From Chiloscyllium plagiosum (lineage: Eukaryota), in NCBI RefSeq assembly GCF_004010195.1, contig NC_057751.1:950665-971701 (forward strand): a stretch of DNA of 21,037 bases, given 5' to 3'. A program made the position numbers and the translations under genes. The stretch's first letter is position 1. Each line of letters opens with the position of its first letter. Shown here in pieces: positions 8,900 to 19,471 of the stretch. The notes beneath the pieces are model-generated. The model worked only from the letters and a program-made list of their open reading frames with translations, did not search any database and was not told the origin of the DNA.

Positions 8900-11350
8900 A
8901 TGGACTGAATCCTGCAGCTTTTTGACACAGTGTAAGTTATTTTGAGTTTTCTGAGAGGTTTCTGTCACCAGGCCAAACAACATTGCTTGCTGTATCGTTA
9001 ACTTGCGTCGTTATTGTGTACTCCAACCCTACTTCATATCTGATTTCAGTCCCAACTTACCACATGCTATTCCCAGAACAACTCACCACTCAGCGATATC
9101 CCAGCATTTACTGGCATCTCTTGTACTTGAGCCATCTTTAAAAAGCCATTGAGCATCCAGCCAAGTAATGTCAGTCTGGAGCTGTCCTGTTTAGTTCCTG
9201 ATATTTGCCTCAGACATGGCGGACAGTCGGAAGTTGGTGCTCTGCTTTGTGGTCATTGACATGAATGTCCAGCTGGATGGGGTCAAGCAGACACACGACT
9301 TCGTCTTCACTTTGGGCCAGCAGTAGATGCTACAACACCTAGTCTGAGGTTGCCAAGGATGGACACAGCCTCAGCTGTCAGCAGAAATGCCCAGCTCTGT
9401 AGGTCAATGGCCTACTTTATGCTGCCAACTTCTTTCCAATTTGTCACACGGTCTGTATCTCTGGTAGTCAGCTACCTTCCATCAAGGCTCATGCTCTATC
9501 ACTCTCAGTATTGCCTGTAACATTGTCCCTCACTCACTGTCAATCATCCAGACTCTCAACAGTACCTACCCTGCGTTACTTACTCAGAACATCTCCTCAC
9601 CTGCACCAAAGCAAACAGCTGTGCCATTGTCACAAAGCTCGTCCCTTTTTTTCCGAAAAGCTGTTCTTTGGCTCAAGGAGACTCTGTCCTTGATTGTTTT
9701 CAGGGGGTAATAAACCAGGCCTGGCTCTGATTAGTCTGGTTTGGTACAGAGGCTAAAGGGTATTGAGAGGTCTTTTTGTTTGCGTGTATAAACAGATGAG
9801 ACTTCAGGCCAAAGTGGTCATGTTTAAGAAGCGACCTGTATAATGAAAGGGGAATGGTCAGCTCTCTCGCTGAGCTGAGCAGTTTAGTTCAGTCCAGAAC
9901 TGGTTTGGAGTTCAACAGTGAGCTGTGTGGAAACTCTCTCTTTATGCCCTTCTAACTTCAACCTGTAAGCACCTGATCCTTTTATTGTACTGTGTTTTAA
10001 AGGGGGTTTGCTTATTGGCACTGTTGTGTATATTTGAAACAGTATACTTAAGTCTAGTTTGGACAGACGGAGTTCTGTAGGGGTCTTTATTCTGTTCTTC
10101 ATGTTTCATTGGGTAATTTTGTGAATACATTTTTTGTCTGTTTTAAACCTGGTAGTCAACCTCGCTAACTTAATCTGGGTAACTTTCACTGTATACTTAA
10201 CGAAACAATTTGCAAAGTTATAGTCTGGGCTGCGTGCTTAAGAATGTTTTGAATGGTCTGCCCTAGTCCAATACACCATCCACTTGCATCTCCTTTCATA
10301 TCTGCCTCTCAGTCTTTCCAGGAGGAAAGCAGCTCCTATTAGGATAAAAGGAGTCAAGATTGGTGTTGGCTGCCCATTTTTTGGCTCCTAACCCCTTCTA
10401 TACAGAACATCCTGACCATGAGTGGCTGACTGACTATACCATGTGCCTGAACTGGTATTGAAGCCTGCCCTTGACTTACCGAGCTGGGATGCCTCAGCAA
10501 AGGCTATCCTCCTTGACATGACTAAAACCTGCTGACAACCACAACCAGCTTCTTTCCTTTCTGTCTGCGCTCAGTCATAAAGCAAGATAAAAGTGATATG
10601 CACCTATCTTGGCTGAGGGGGCAAAGTGCAAAAAGGCAAGACTATGCAAGGCAGGAATGATGTTGGGCTCAGATTGAGTGCTGTGACAGTGAACTATCTG
10701 CCTGGCAATGCAGCTTGGTCCAGTCCATGAGCTGGGTGTGTGTCCCTCAGCTCCCAGTGTCCTGGCTGCAACATTACAATGAAAGCTGTTGGTGCATCGT
10801 GCGGTACATGCAGAAGAGCCCTCGAGGTGGATTTCAGATATGCCTCGAGGGTTGTTTCTTTAGAACAATGTCAGATACCAGTGTCCACGGATGTGGGGTG
10901 ATGTGGCCAGAGACAATGGATCGTGTCTTGACATAGTGGTGCACAACTTCCAACATGAATGTGCTTCTGAGTAACCAGAGAGCTGAATTTACCGGGTGCA
11001 TGGCCTGGATTTCCTGTCGAGTTCTCTCAAACTCCAGCTTGTTTCCTGAGTTTAGTAAGATAGAAAGCTGAATATTAATGAGGGGAGTTGGGCTGTCAAC
11101 AAAATGTTTAACAAGTCTCATCTCCCTGAACTGAGATCTCACTGTCACCTGGCAAGGAGCTTGTCTTGCTGCTTGTCAAAGCAAAAAGGATGGAGCGAGA
11201 TACTCCTGACATTCAGACTTCATGTCTGGGCCTCACCAGACTTCATGTCTGATTCTACTACAACTATTGCTGCAGCCCATCTTACTCATATCCCGATAAG
11301 AGCCCACCCTTGGCCTATTTGCTATCTTTCAGTAAATTTATGATTCCTCA
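8900..11350 (+). mobile_element. Old PIF/Harbinger-like fossil with a decayed, apparently intron-split Myb/SANT gene; boundaries approximate
   Basis: 9216: MADSRKLVLCFVVIDMNVQLDGVKQTHDFVF.., then SEVAK..AVSRNAQLCR..NGLLYAA (to ~9427); after a pyrimidine tract and CAG (10319-10321): RKAAPIRIKGVKIGVGCPFFGSLTPSIQNILTMSG*, resembling the K.AHNRRER.KTGGG....LT segment of Harbinger Myb/SANT proteins. No clear TIRs or transposase seen. Confidence 0.5.
9628..10275 (+). mobile_element. Solo LTR (648 bp), Gypsy-like
   Basis: Starts TGTCAC and ends AATACA (TG...CA); 4-bp TSD CCAT at 9624-9627 and 10276-10279; composition differs from flanks; degenerate polyA signal AATACA near 10124 suggests + orientation. 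Confidence 0.8.
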
Positions 11351-11367
11351 GAATATTTGGAGAAATC

Positions 11368-11720
11368 TGATGGCATAGTAGTGCAGTAAATGGATTATTA
11401 ATCCAGGGGTCAAGGCTAGTACTTCATAGAGATGGATTCCAATCCTGCTATGATACCTGGCAGAATTTAAAATTAAATCATAATTCTGGAATTAAAAGCC
11501 AACATCAGTTATGGCAACAATGATGGTATTATCAAGTGTGGTGAAAACCCCACCTGATTCACTCATGTTCTTGAGGGACAGAAATTTGCCATTCACATCC
11601 AGTTGACTGACGTGTGATTGTCGGCCCTCAGCAATGTGCGAGTCCTTGAAATGGCCGAGCAAACCATTCAGTTGAATGGCAGCAATTCGTGGCATCACCT
11701 CCATTCTATGTATGAACAAG
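11368..11720 (+). mobile_element. tRNA-derived SINE (second family), degenerate
   Basis: A-box-like TGGCATAGTAG, B-box-like GGATTCCAATCC; core GGATTATTAATCCAG..TCTGGAATTAAAAGC..AAAACCCCACCTGATTCACT..GAAATTTGCC; a related inverted copy lies at ~19090-19292. Confidence 0.7.
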
Positions 11721-12269
11721 TTAACAGATATCTTAAAAGTTTTCTTAATGTACCACTGGGACCACTGCTGTTTGTGATATACATAAATGATCTGGGGAAG
11801 GTATGGGTGGTCTGATTAACAAGCTTACAGATGACACAAAGGTTGGTGGAGTAGCAGATAGTGACGGGAACTGTCAGAGGATGCAACAGAATATTGGTAG
11901 ATTGGAGAGTTGGGCAGAGAAATGGCAGATGGAGTTCAATCTGGGCAAGTGCGAGGTGGTGCATTTTGGAAGATCCAATTCAAGAATGAACTATACAGTA
12001 AATAGAAAAGCCCTGGGGAAGATTGACGTACAGAGAGATCTGGTGTTCAGGTCCATTATACCCTGGTCGATGGAGTGTTCATGAAGGCATTCGACATGCT
12101 TTCCTTCATCGGTTGGGGTATTGAGTACAAGAGTTGGCAGGTCATGTTACAATTGTATAGGATTTTGGTTTGGCCACATTTGGAATACTGCGTACAGTTC
12201 TGGTCGACACATGAACAAAATGATGTGGAAGCTTTGGAGAGGGTGCAGAGAAGGTTCACCAGGATGTTG

Positions 12270-12500
12270 GATTAGTGGTGCTGGAAGAGCACAGCAGTTC
12301 AGGCAGCTTCGAAGTCGACGTTTTGGGCAAAAGCCCTTCATCAGGAATAAAGGCAGTGAGCCTGAAACGTGGAGAGATAAGATAGAGGAGGGTAGGGGTG
12401 GGGAGAAAGTAGCATAGAGTACAATGGGTGAGTGGGGGAGGGGATGAAGGTGATAGGTCAGGGAGGAGAGGGTGGAGTGGAGAGGTGGAAAAGGAGATAG
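12270..12500 (-). mobile_element. Penelope-like terminal-repeat fragment inserted into CR1
   Basis: Interrupts RFTRML|(L)SSME; GTTG repeated at 12266-12269 and 12501-12504; GTGCTGGAAGAGCACAGCAGTTCAGGCAGC shared with other PLE ends here; purine-rich body; hammerhead core. Confidence 0.8.
12314..12346 (-). ncRNA. Minimal hammerhead-ribozyme-like motif (probably inactivated)
   Basis: Minus strand reads CTGATGA-A-GGGC-TTTT-GCCC-AAAAC-GTC: conserved CUGAUGA, perfect 4-bp stem II, GAAA box changed to AAAA, then a GUC triplet. Minimal hammerheads are known from PLE terminal repeats. Confidence 0.65.
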
Positions 12501-14126
12501 GTTGTCTAGTATGGAGGGTGCTAGCTATGAAGAGAGGTTGAGTAGATTAGGATTATTTTCATTAGAAAGACAGGGGTTGAGGGGGTACCTGATTGAGGTC
12601 TACAAAATCATGACACATACAGGCAGGTGGATAGCGAGAAGCTTTTTCCCAGAGTTGGGGAACAACAATTATTAGGGGTCATGAGTTCAAGATGAGAGGG
12701 GAAGTGTTTAAGGGAAATATGCGTGGAAAGTTCTTTAAGCTGAGGGTGGTGGTTGGTAGGGGCGGGCATGATAGCATTATTTAAGATGTATCTAGATAGA
12801 TACATGAATGGACAGGGAGCAGAGGGATACAGATCCTTAGAAAATAGGTGACAGGTTTAGAGAGAGGATCTGGATTGGCACAGGCTTGGAGGGCCTGTTC
12901 ATGTGCTGTAATTTTCTTTGTTCTTTGTACTGTACAGATTATAGTGTAAATGGGGAACCCACGATTCCTAATCCAATCTAATTAACTAACTAACCAAAGA
13001 AGGGTTCTTCATACAAATGCCAGACAAATTTTATTGCGAGTCATTTTTAACATAATTACTTTTATGCGCACAGCCCTCAACAGCTGAAGAAAAATTATCT
13101 CATGGCCCTCCAGCCCAAATAATTATTCACCTCTAATCTCATTCTTATCTCTTGCAGCTATATGCACTTCCTGTCAATTCTTGCCTTTTCAAATGGCTAT
13201 ATTCAGAGTTATAATAGGGGTACTGTCTTTGTCAACATGCGACGCCATGTTTACATCCTGTCTCCAATGGTGGCACTTGGATCCTTCAGGTTTCTCAATT
13301 ATTATGGAGAATAACATCTCCACCTAGACTGGTCAGACATCACACTGGTCCTTAAGGTCAGGGTCTGATTATTGGTTCACCGCCCGACTCTTTCATCTGA
13401 AGATTACCCTTTTCATGCTTTGTAAGATTGTGTATGATCAGAACAGAGCTGTTTTTCACTTGTATCTATTGTGCCCCAGCATTGCACTGTCACATGTTAG
13501 ATATCATGCTATTATGCATGCAAATTTCCATGTCACATTTTTTTAAAGTATATTGAGGATTGGGAAAGGGGAAGTCAATCGTGTCTAATATAAACAGATT
13601 TTTCCTTCAGTAATATCAAATACTTTCAAATTAACCGCAGGAATGGTTTATTTCCAAAAAGCAATTAGACTCCAACTGACTCCAAGTAATTGGCTGTTGT
13701 GATCTTAAAAATGAAACTGCCATAATGTCTGCTTCTAGTGAATAGCGAAGGTACCCAGGAATTTGATTGATGAAATTTCTTTGGAAGGTTGGAGGGGACT
13801 CGAGTGAGCATTGTTTCAGGAAATTATCAGAAATGACTGTGACACATTTCTCTCTGAAAGAGCAGACTGAGATGTGACCTGGTAGAGATCTTGAGTCCAA
13901 TGAGGTAGATGTACAAAGAATGTTTTTGCTTATTGTGGAGACCAAATGAGGAGACCATGTGTAAAGCAGTCACCAATACAATAGATGGCTTCTTCATTCA
14001 AGAAGATACTGACTGATCTGGTTGTTGTCTCAACTTCACCTCCCTGTCTGGCTTGACTCCTTTTTCTATCAAAAAATCTAACAAACTCAGCTTTGAAGAA
14101 ATTAAATGACCTAGTTTCCAATGCTC

Positions 14127-14196
14127 AAAACGTCAGTTCTTTTCTCTCCTTACAGATGCTGTCAGACCTGCTGAGATTTTCCAGCCTTTTCTCTTT
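14127..14196 (+). mobile_element. 70-bp Penelope-terminus insertion with 15-bp TSD
   Basis: TAGTTTCCAATGCTC at 14112-14126 and 14197-14211; insert AAAACGTCAG..ACAGATGCTGTCAGACCTGCTGAGATTTTCCAGC is reverse-complement similar to 5895-5955 and 20550-20580. Confidence 0.85.
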
Positions 14197-15068
14197 TAGT
14201 TTCCAATGCTCTCTGGGGAACAGAACTCCATATTCCAGTGACCTCTGAGAGAAAAATTTCCCTCCTCTTCCCTGTTCTCCTTGCAATAAACAACATTATT
14301 GCATCTGTACATAAACTATTTGTAATTCATGAGTCAGGAGATCCAAACCCCTCTGCACCACTAAGTCGGCCAATTTCTGTCCACTTAAATAGTAAAGTGC
14401 AGGGCATAAAAAGTATGGTTTAATGGGGTGGTGAGCTGAAACCTCTGGGTGTAAGCAATAGTAGATCCAGCTTCTATTTCAGGTGCACTAGGTAAATCAT
14501 TTCCAAGTTTCACTGTTTCTTTCTTCTGCCCTAACCTCTCATCAGATTTTTCCTCCTCCCTCCTGCTCACTGAGAGGTCGTCACAATTTTCAAGTCTCAG
14601 AATAGAGTGGCAGGTGGAAAAATGTTTGGCAAGCACTAATGTACAGCTTTTTGTTCTTCCTGCCAAAGTGGCAAGTTCTCCCATTGTACACTTCTGCCAG
14701 TTTTCTGTCTACTCTACTTATCTATGTCCTTTACAGACTCTTTACCCCCTCTTGATAAGTTACTTCCTTTAGAGTCATCGTTGACAAATATAACTGCCAT
14801 ATATTTGATCCCCACTTCCAGGTCATTGACATAGAGTGCAAATAGTTGAGGGCCTAGCACTGCAACATTCCACGAATTATACCTTGCCCTTACTCTCTGT
14901 ATACCATTAGCTAATGAACTCTTGATAAATGTTGATCTGCTGCCCCTTATACCATGAGCTTTTATTTAATGTAGTGACCTTTGATGTGGCATCTTATCAA
15001 ATGTCTTTTAGGGATATACAACACCATGTCCATAGGTGCCCTCTTAACCACCTTGCTTCCTCAAAAAA

Positions 15069-15243
15069 TGTGCAGGTTAGGTGAATTGGCCATGCTAAAC
15101 TGCCCATAGTGTTAGTTGCATTAGTCAGAGGTCAATGTAGGGGAATAGGTTTGGGTGGGTTGCTCTTCGGAGAGTCGGTATGGACTTGTTGGGCCAAAGG
15201 GCCTGTTTCCACACTGGAGGGAATCTAATCTAATCTAATCTAA
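15069..15243 (+). mobile_element. 5'-truncated HE1-type SINE with (TCTAA)n tail
   Basis: TGTGCAGGTTAGGTGAATTGGCCATGCTAAA..GGGCCAAAGGGCCTGTTTCCACACTG, then (AATCT)4; flanked by TCAAAAAA at 15061-15068 and 15244-15251. Confidence 0.9.
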
Positions 15244-15589
15244 TCAAAAAAGCACCAATAAATTAAACACAAATTCCCTTTCACAAAACCAAGTTGATTC
15301 CACCTAATCACTTTACAATTTTCAAAGTATCCTGCTATAATCTGATGAAAAATGAATTCTCATATTTTCCCAAGGCAGATGTTGGGCTAACTAGCAAATT
15401 GTTTTCTGCCTCCTTTCTTGAATAGATGTATTAGCAATTTTCCAATCTGCTAGCACCTTTCAAGAATCAGAAGCATTTGAAAGATTATAATACATCTACT
15501 GTCTCCACTGCCATTTCTTTTTAGTCCCTGTGATACATGTCGTCTGTTCCTGGTAACTTCACAACTTTAGATTTATCAGGTTTTTTTGA

Positions 15590-15797
15590 GTAGAATCCTG
15601 ACAGCGTGGAAGTAGGCCATTCAGCCCATCAAGTCCACTTCGACCCGATGAACTGCATCCCACCCACACTCACCCCCTGCAACCCTGCATTTCCCGTGAC
15701 AAATCCACCTAATCTGCACAGTTTTGGACTGTGGGCGGAAACCGGAGCACCTGGAGGAAGCCCACACAGACACGGGGAGAACATGCAAACTCCACAC
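15590..15797 (-). mobile_element. HE1-type SINE, 3' part (split by CR1)
   Basis: Reverse complement of V-domain (GGAGTTTGCATGTTCTCCCCGTGTCTG..GGTGCTCCGGTTTCC) and tail GGGCTGAATGGCCT. Confidence 0.9.
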
Positions 15798-16888
15798 ATA
15801 GAACATTAAAGCACAGTACAGGCCCTTCGGCCCCCGATGTTGCACCGACCTGTCATACCAATCTGAAGCCCATCTAACCTACACTATTCCACGTACGTCC
15901 ATATGCTTGTCCAATGATGACTTATATGCACTTAAAGTTGGCAAATCTACTACCGTTGCAGGCAAAGCATTCCATACCCTTACTACTCTCTGAGTAAAGA
16001 AACTACCTCTGACATCTGTCCTGTATCTGTCACCCCTCAATTTAAAGCTATGCCCTGTCGTGCTCACCATCACCATACTTGGAAAAAGGCTCTCCCTGTC
16101 CACCCTACCTAACCCTCTGATTATCTTATATGTCTCTATTCAGTCACCTCTCAACCTTCTTCTCTCTAACAAGAACAGCCTCAAGTCCCTCAGCCNNNNN
16201 NNNNNNNNNNNNNNNNNNNNNNNNNNNNNNNNNNNNNNNNNNNNNNNNNNNNNNNNNNNNNNNNNNNNNNNNNNNNNNNNNNNNNNNNNNNNNNNNNNNN
16301 NNNNNNNNNNNNNNNNNNNNNNNNNNNNNNNNNNNNNNNNNNNNNNNNNNNNNNNNNNNNNNNNNNNNNNNNNNNNNNNNNNNNNNNNNNNNNNNNNNNN
16401 NNNNNNNNNNNNNNNNNNNNNNNNNNNNNNNNNNNNNNNNNNNNNNNNNNNNNNNNNNNNNNNNNNNNNNNNNNNNNNNNNNNNNNNNNNNNNNNNNNNN
16501 NNNNNNNNNNNNNNNNNNNNNNNNNNNNNNNNNNNNNNNNNNNNNNNNNNNNNNNNNNNNNNNNNNNNNNNNNNNNNNNNNNNNNNNNNNNNNNNNNNNN
16601 NNNNNNNNNNNNNNNNNNNNNNNNNNNNNNNNNNNNNNNNNNNNNNNNNNNNNNNNNNNNNNNNNNNNNNNNNNNNNNNNNNNNNNNNNNNNNNNNNNNN
16701 NNNNNNNNNNNNNNNNNNNNNNNNNNNNNNNNNNNNNNNNNNNNNNNNNNNNNNNNNNNNNTCTCAAAGAACTCAATAAGGTTTGTGAGGCACGACCTAC
16801 CCTTCACAAAACCGTGCTGACTATCCCTAATCAAATTATTATTTTCTAGATGATTATAAATTCTATCTCTTACAACCTCTTCCAACAA
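15798..16888 (-). mobile_element. 5'-truncated CR1 LINE inserted in an HE1 SINE; spans an assembly gap
   Basis: LEEVVRDRIYNHLE..SQHGFVKGRSCLTNLIEFFE before the gap; GHSFKLRGDRY..FFTQRVVRVWNALP after it; tail GGCCGAAGGGCCTGTACTGTGC..TGTTCTATG. Confidence 0.9.
16196..16761. other. Assembly gap (566 N)
   Basis: Run of N. Confidence 1.
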
Positions 16889-16894
16889 CTGAAG

Positions 16895-16962
16895 TAAGTT
16901 GCCTGCGGCTGGAATCCTGGTACTCTGAGGCAGCAGTGCTAACCACTGAACCAGTGTGCCAC
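16895..16962 (-). mobile_element. HE1-type SINE, 5' tRNA-like head (continuation of 15590-15797)
   Basis: Reverse complement GTGGCACACTGGTTCAGTGGTTAGCACTGCTGCCTCAGAGTACCAGG matches the head at 6449-6486. Confidence 0.85.
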
Positions 16963-17954
16963 ACCTTTTTTAAGGCAATGGATGACAGTTTCTAGTTTTA
17001 TTTTCCTCTTACTCCAGTCTAGAACAAAATGGGGAGATGGAACAGAATAAACCAAGCCATGGTCTCCCCCTACTCAAGGCAGAGGGAGCCCCCACCACAT
17101 CCCCATCCCAAAAACTGTTTTCCAAGTATAAGAACTTGGAAATTATTTTCAGTTCTTCCCTCCCCTTCACCCTTTGATTTTAAGATGTATTTGGGAATTT
17201 ACGTAAATCTTTGAAAATGAAGACAGACACAAAATCCCTTTTCAGTGCCTCTAATGTTTCCTGGTTGTTTGTTACAATTTCCTAGACCGTCTATCGAGAA
17301 GACCAATATTAAAGTTATTGCTCTTTCTTTATTTAAATATTTCTAGAAACTCCTACTATATGTTCCTTATATTATGAGCTCATCATTAATTCTCCCATAT
17401 TACATTGAGTCCCTTTGTTTTTGGGTCATTGTTTGTTGGTCCTTAAAATCCGTTAATCCTCTGACTTACCATTAACCTTTGCAAAATTAGACCTATACTC
17501 CTCATGTAAGTGTCACTTTCCCATTTTTCAATGAATGAGTGCATTTTGAAAACAACACTCGCATTAGGAATTGTCATAATTAATTTTGGCTCAGAAACGC
17601 ATGCTCATGTTACTCCTCACCTTGGGATCTAGCAGCCAGTATGCGTGTGTTGCCAAGAAGAATGGTCATTTAAGGCACACCCACACAGAACACAACATTC
17701 AACAGGAATTTTCCACATTTCAAACATCAAGCATGCACACCATCGCTCAAACTTCATAGTTTATATTCTTCATTGTTTGGAAAGATTTTTTGAAACCTCA
17801 AAGGTCAACTCCTGCTTTACAAATAGCAGTGATTCCAACATGGAATTCATGCAAATCTTTCCCAAGAGTAGTGAGAAAGTACACCTCACTATCACAGGCA
17901 GGAGTTGAATTGAATAATGTGGATGAATTTCAGGAGAAGCTGATGTGATGAGAC

Positions 17955-18020
17955 ATCAGCATGAGCACTTATGGGCTGAATGGCCTACTACTGTGCTGTA
18001 AATTCACTGTAATTCTGTAA
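17955..18020 (+). mobile_element. Short CR1/SINE 3'-tail remnant
   Basis: ATGGGCTGAATGGCCTACTACTGTGCTGTAAATTC..TGTAATTCTGTAA. Confidence 0.6.
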
Positions 18021-18658
18021 AATGTACTTAATTTCCCCACTCAAAAAAAAAGGACAAGATAAATTAAGCAAATCCTAGCTGCGATGGAAGTTTCACTATT
18101 TTATGAGAGCTGGAATTAATCTATGTGTCCCCAAGCCAACACTCACACACACATCATCGATGTAGTCCTTATTATCACTTCTCATTTTGGCAGCTTTTAT
18201 TACAACTGAAATAAATTGTGCCTAATTAAACTTTATGGCTGAAAGATGGGCACCAAATTTATAGCTGTGTCTCTCTAAATGATTATGTGTGGCAGTAATG
18301 GACTGGGAGAGAAGAATGATTCGACATTGGGATTGTTTAGAGAGCTGAATTTCTTTTTTTTAATGGTAATTTAAAGTGATGTTATACCTCTCACTCTCAC
18401 AAATGAGCTAGTTTAGAGCACATTCCACAATGAACCTTCTTCTTCGCAGTATCTGATAGGCCTTATGTTCTGCTTTAGGGCCATGATGTTTTCTAAATAC
18501 ATATGATTTTGAAACCTAACACAAATCTGTAAACACAGGTGACATGAAGTATTGCTTGGCCTGACAGGATGGACCTTGTGGAGTTTACTTTCATTCAGGT
18601 TTTTGATGACTCCGCAATCACAATAACTACCTCCAATTTGAATGCGAATCTTGATCAT

Positions 18659-18850
18659 AAATCTAACTCTACCCCGATCTAATCTTAACCTTAACTTTAT
18701 CCCTAACCCTAAACTGAACCTTATGCTGACCTTTCAAATCAAAGTTTAACCCGAATCAAATCCTTCTCCTAAACCTAACTTGAATTAAAACTTTAACTTT
18801 AAACCCCATGCTAATCCTTATCTTGAATTTGAATTTTAACTTTAATCGAA
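18659..18850. repeat. Degenerate 6-bp-period array related to (CCCTAA)n
   Basis: Units such as TCTAAC, TCTAAT, CTTAAC, CCCTAACCCTAA (18701-18712), CTGAAC, CCTAAA, CCTAAC, TTTAAC, TTGAAT over ~190 bp. Confidence 0.7.
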
Positions 18851-19089
18851 GCTGAGCTATGACGCTATACAAATTTGTGGATGTGTCTTTTCACTTTTTC
18901 AATCTGCACTGAGTGCAACAGGATAAAAGGTTCTGTTTTCAAAAAGCAATTATATGAAATAAAATTGTATCAGTAAGATCTTAGGGTGTAAAACTGTCCA
19001 GAAATTGCTGCTGATCAACACTTGCAAACAAATGGTTGCAAGACTCTGACAGTGGCTTGATGGAAATCGCTTTGTTAGGGAGAAGGTGA

Positions 19090-19292
19090 GCAAATTTCCA
19101 TCCCAAATGAGTGAACCAGGAACATTTTAATACCAATTAACAATAACTTCATTGTCAGTATTACTGAGACCAGTTTCACTTCCAGAATTATTTTTCATTG
19201 AATATATTTTCCAGCATTGCTTCCATGGAATTTGATCCAGAGCATTAGCATGGTCTTTGGATTACTAGCCCAGTGACATTCTCACTGCCTAT
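19090..19292 (-). mobile_element. tRNA-derived SINE, same family as 11368-11720, degenerate
   Basis: Reverse complement AATGTCACTGGGCTAGTAATCCAAAGACC..GCTAATGCTCTGG..TAATTCTGGAAGTGAAACTGGTCTCAGTAAT..CCTGGTTCACT..GAAATTTGC. Confidence 0.65.
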
Positions 19293-19299
19293 CAATTCC

Positions 19300-19465
19300 T
19301 TACTTCAAACAACATCCTCATGCTTATCTGGATTGAGTTCTATTTGCCACTGATCAGCCCATCAATCTCCTCCTGCAATCCAAGGCCTCCCTCCTCACTG
19401 CAGTACTTACCATCCACCAATTTTTGTATTATCAACAGCAAATTTACTGATCAACCCTTTTACAT
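19300..19465 (-). mobile_element. CR1 RT fragment
   Basis: Minus strand KGLISKFA..NTKIGG..SEEGGLGLQEE..WADQWQIELNPDK. Confidence 0.75.
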
Positions 19466-19471
19466 TCTTGC

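Larger units (their letters stand above)
11750..12929 (+). mobile_element. 5'-truncated CR1 LINE (RT C-terminus + tail), interrupted at 12270-12500
   Basis: LGPLLFVIYINDL, LTDDTKVGG, WAEKWQMEFNLGKCEVVHFG, PHLEYCVQFWS, LERVQRRFTRML, YEERLSRLGLFSLE; tail GGGCCTGTTC..(TTCTTTG)2. Confidence 0.93.
13995..17500 (-). mobile_element. Very old, fragmented CR1 LINE(s) forming the background for several younger insertions; boundaries approximate
   Basis: Collinear minus-strand remnants: 3' region 13995-14270, DIDK-like ~14730, VLGPQLFALYVNDL ~14820-14862, KTFDKMPHQR ~14980-15008, QLGFVKG ~15275-15297, LVSPTSA ~15375-15395; the extension beyond 17000 is weak. Confidence 0.6.

Noticed and set aside
10819..10851. 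CCCTCGAGG...CCTCGAGGG 9-bp inverted repeat
   Set aside because: Short, isolated, no supporting context; compatible with chance or a local duplication.
10834..11148. 104-aa minus-strand ORF as a possible Harbinger transposase (INIQL...AMHPVNS)
   Set aside because: Resemblance to the SLNVQ..ARYPGS.HD motif is too weak to call without an HMM search.
12390..12500. G-rich purine tract with G-quadruplex potential
   Set aside because: Explained as the body of the Penelope terminal fragment.
16060..16888. Four long ORFs (210-239 aa) in the ORF track
   Set aside because: Artefacts of reading through the 566-N gap.
17645..18658. ORFs 17645-17908 (+) and 18413-18658 (-) in unique DNA
   Set aside because: No recognisable domain or convincing splice signals; lengths expected by chance.
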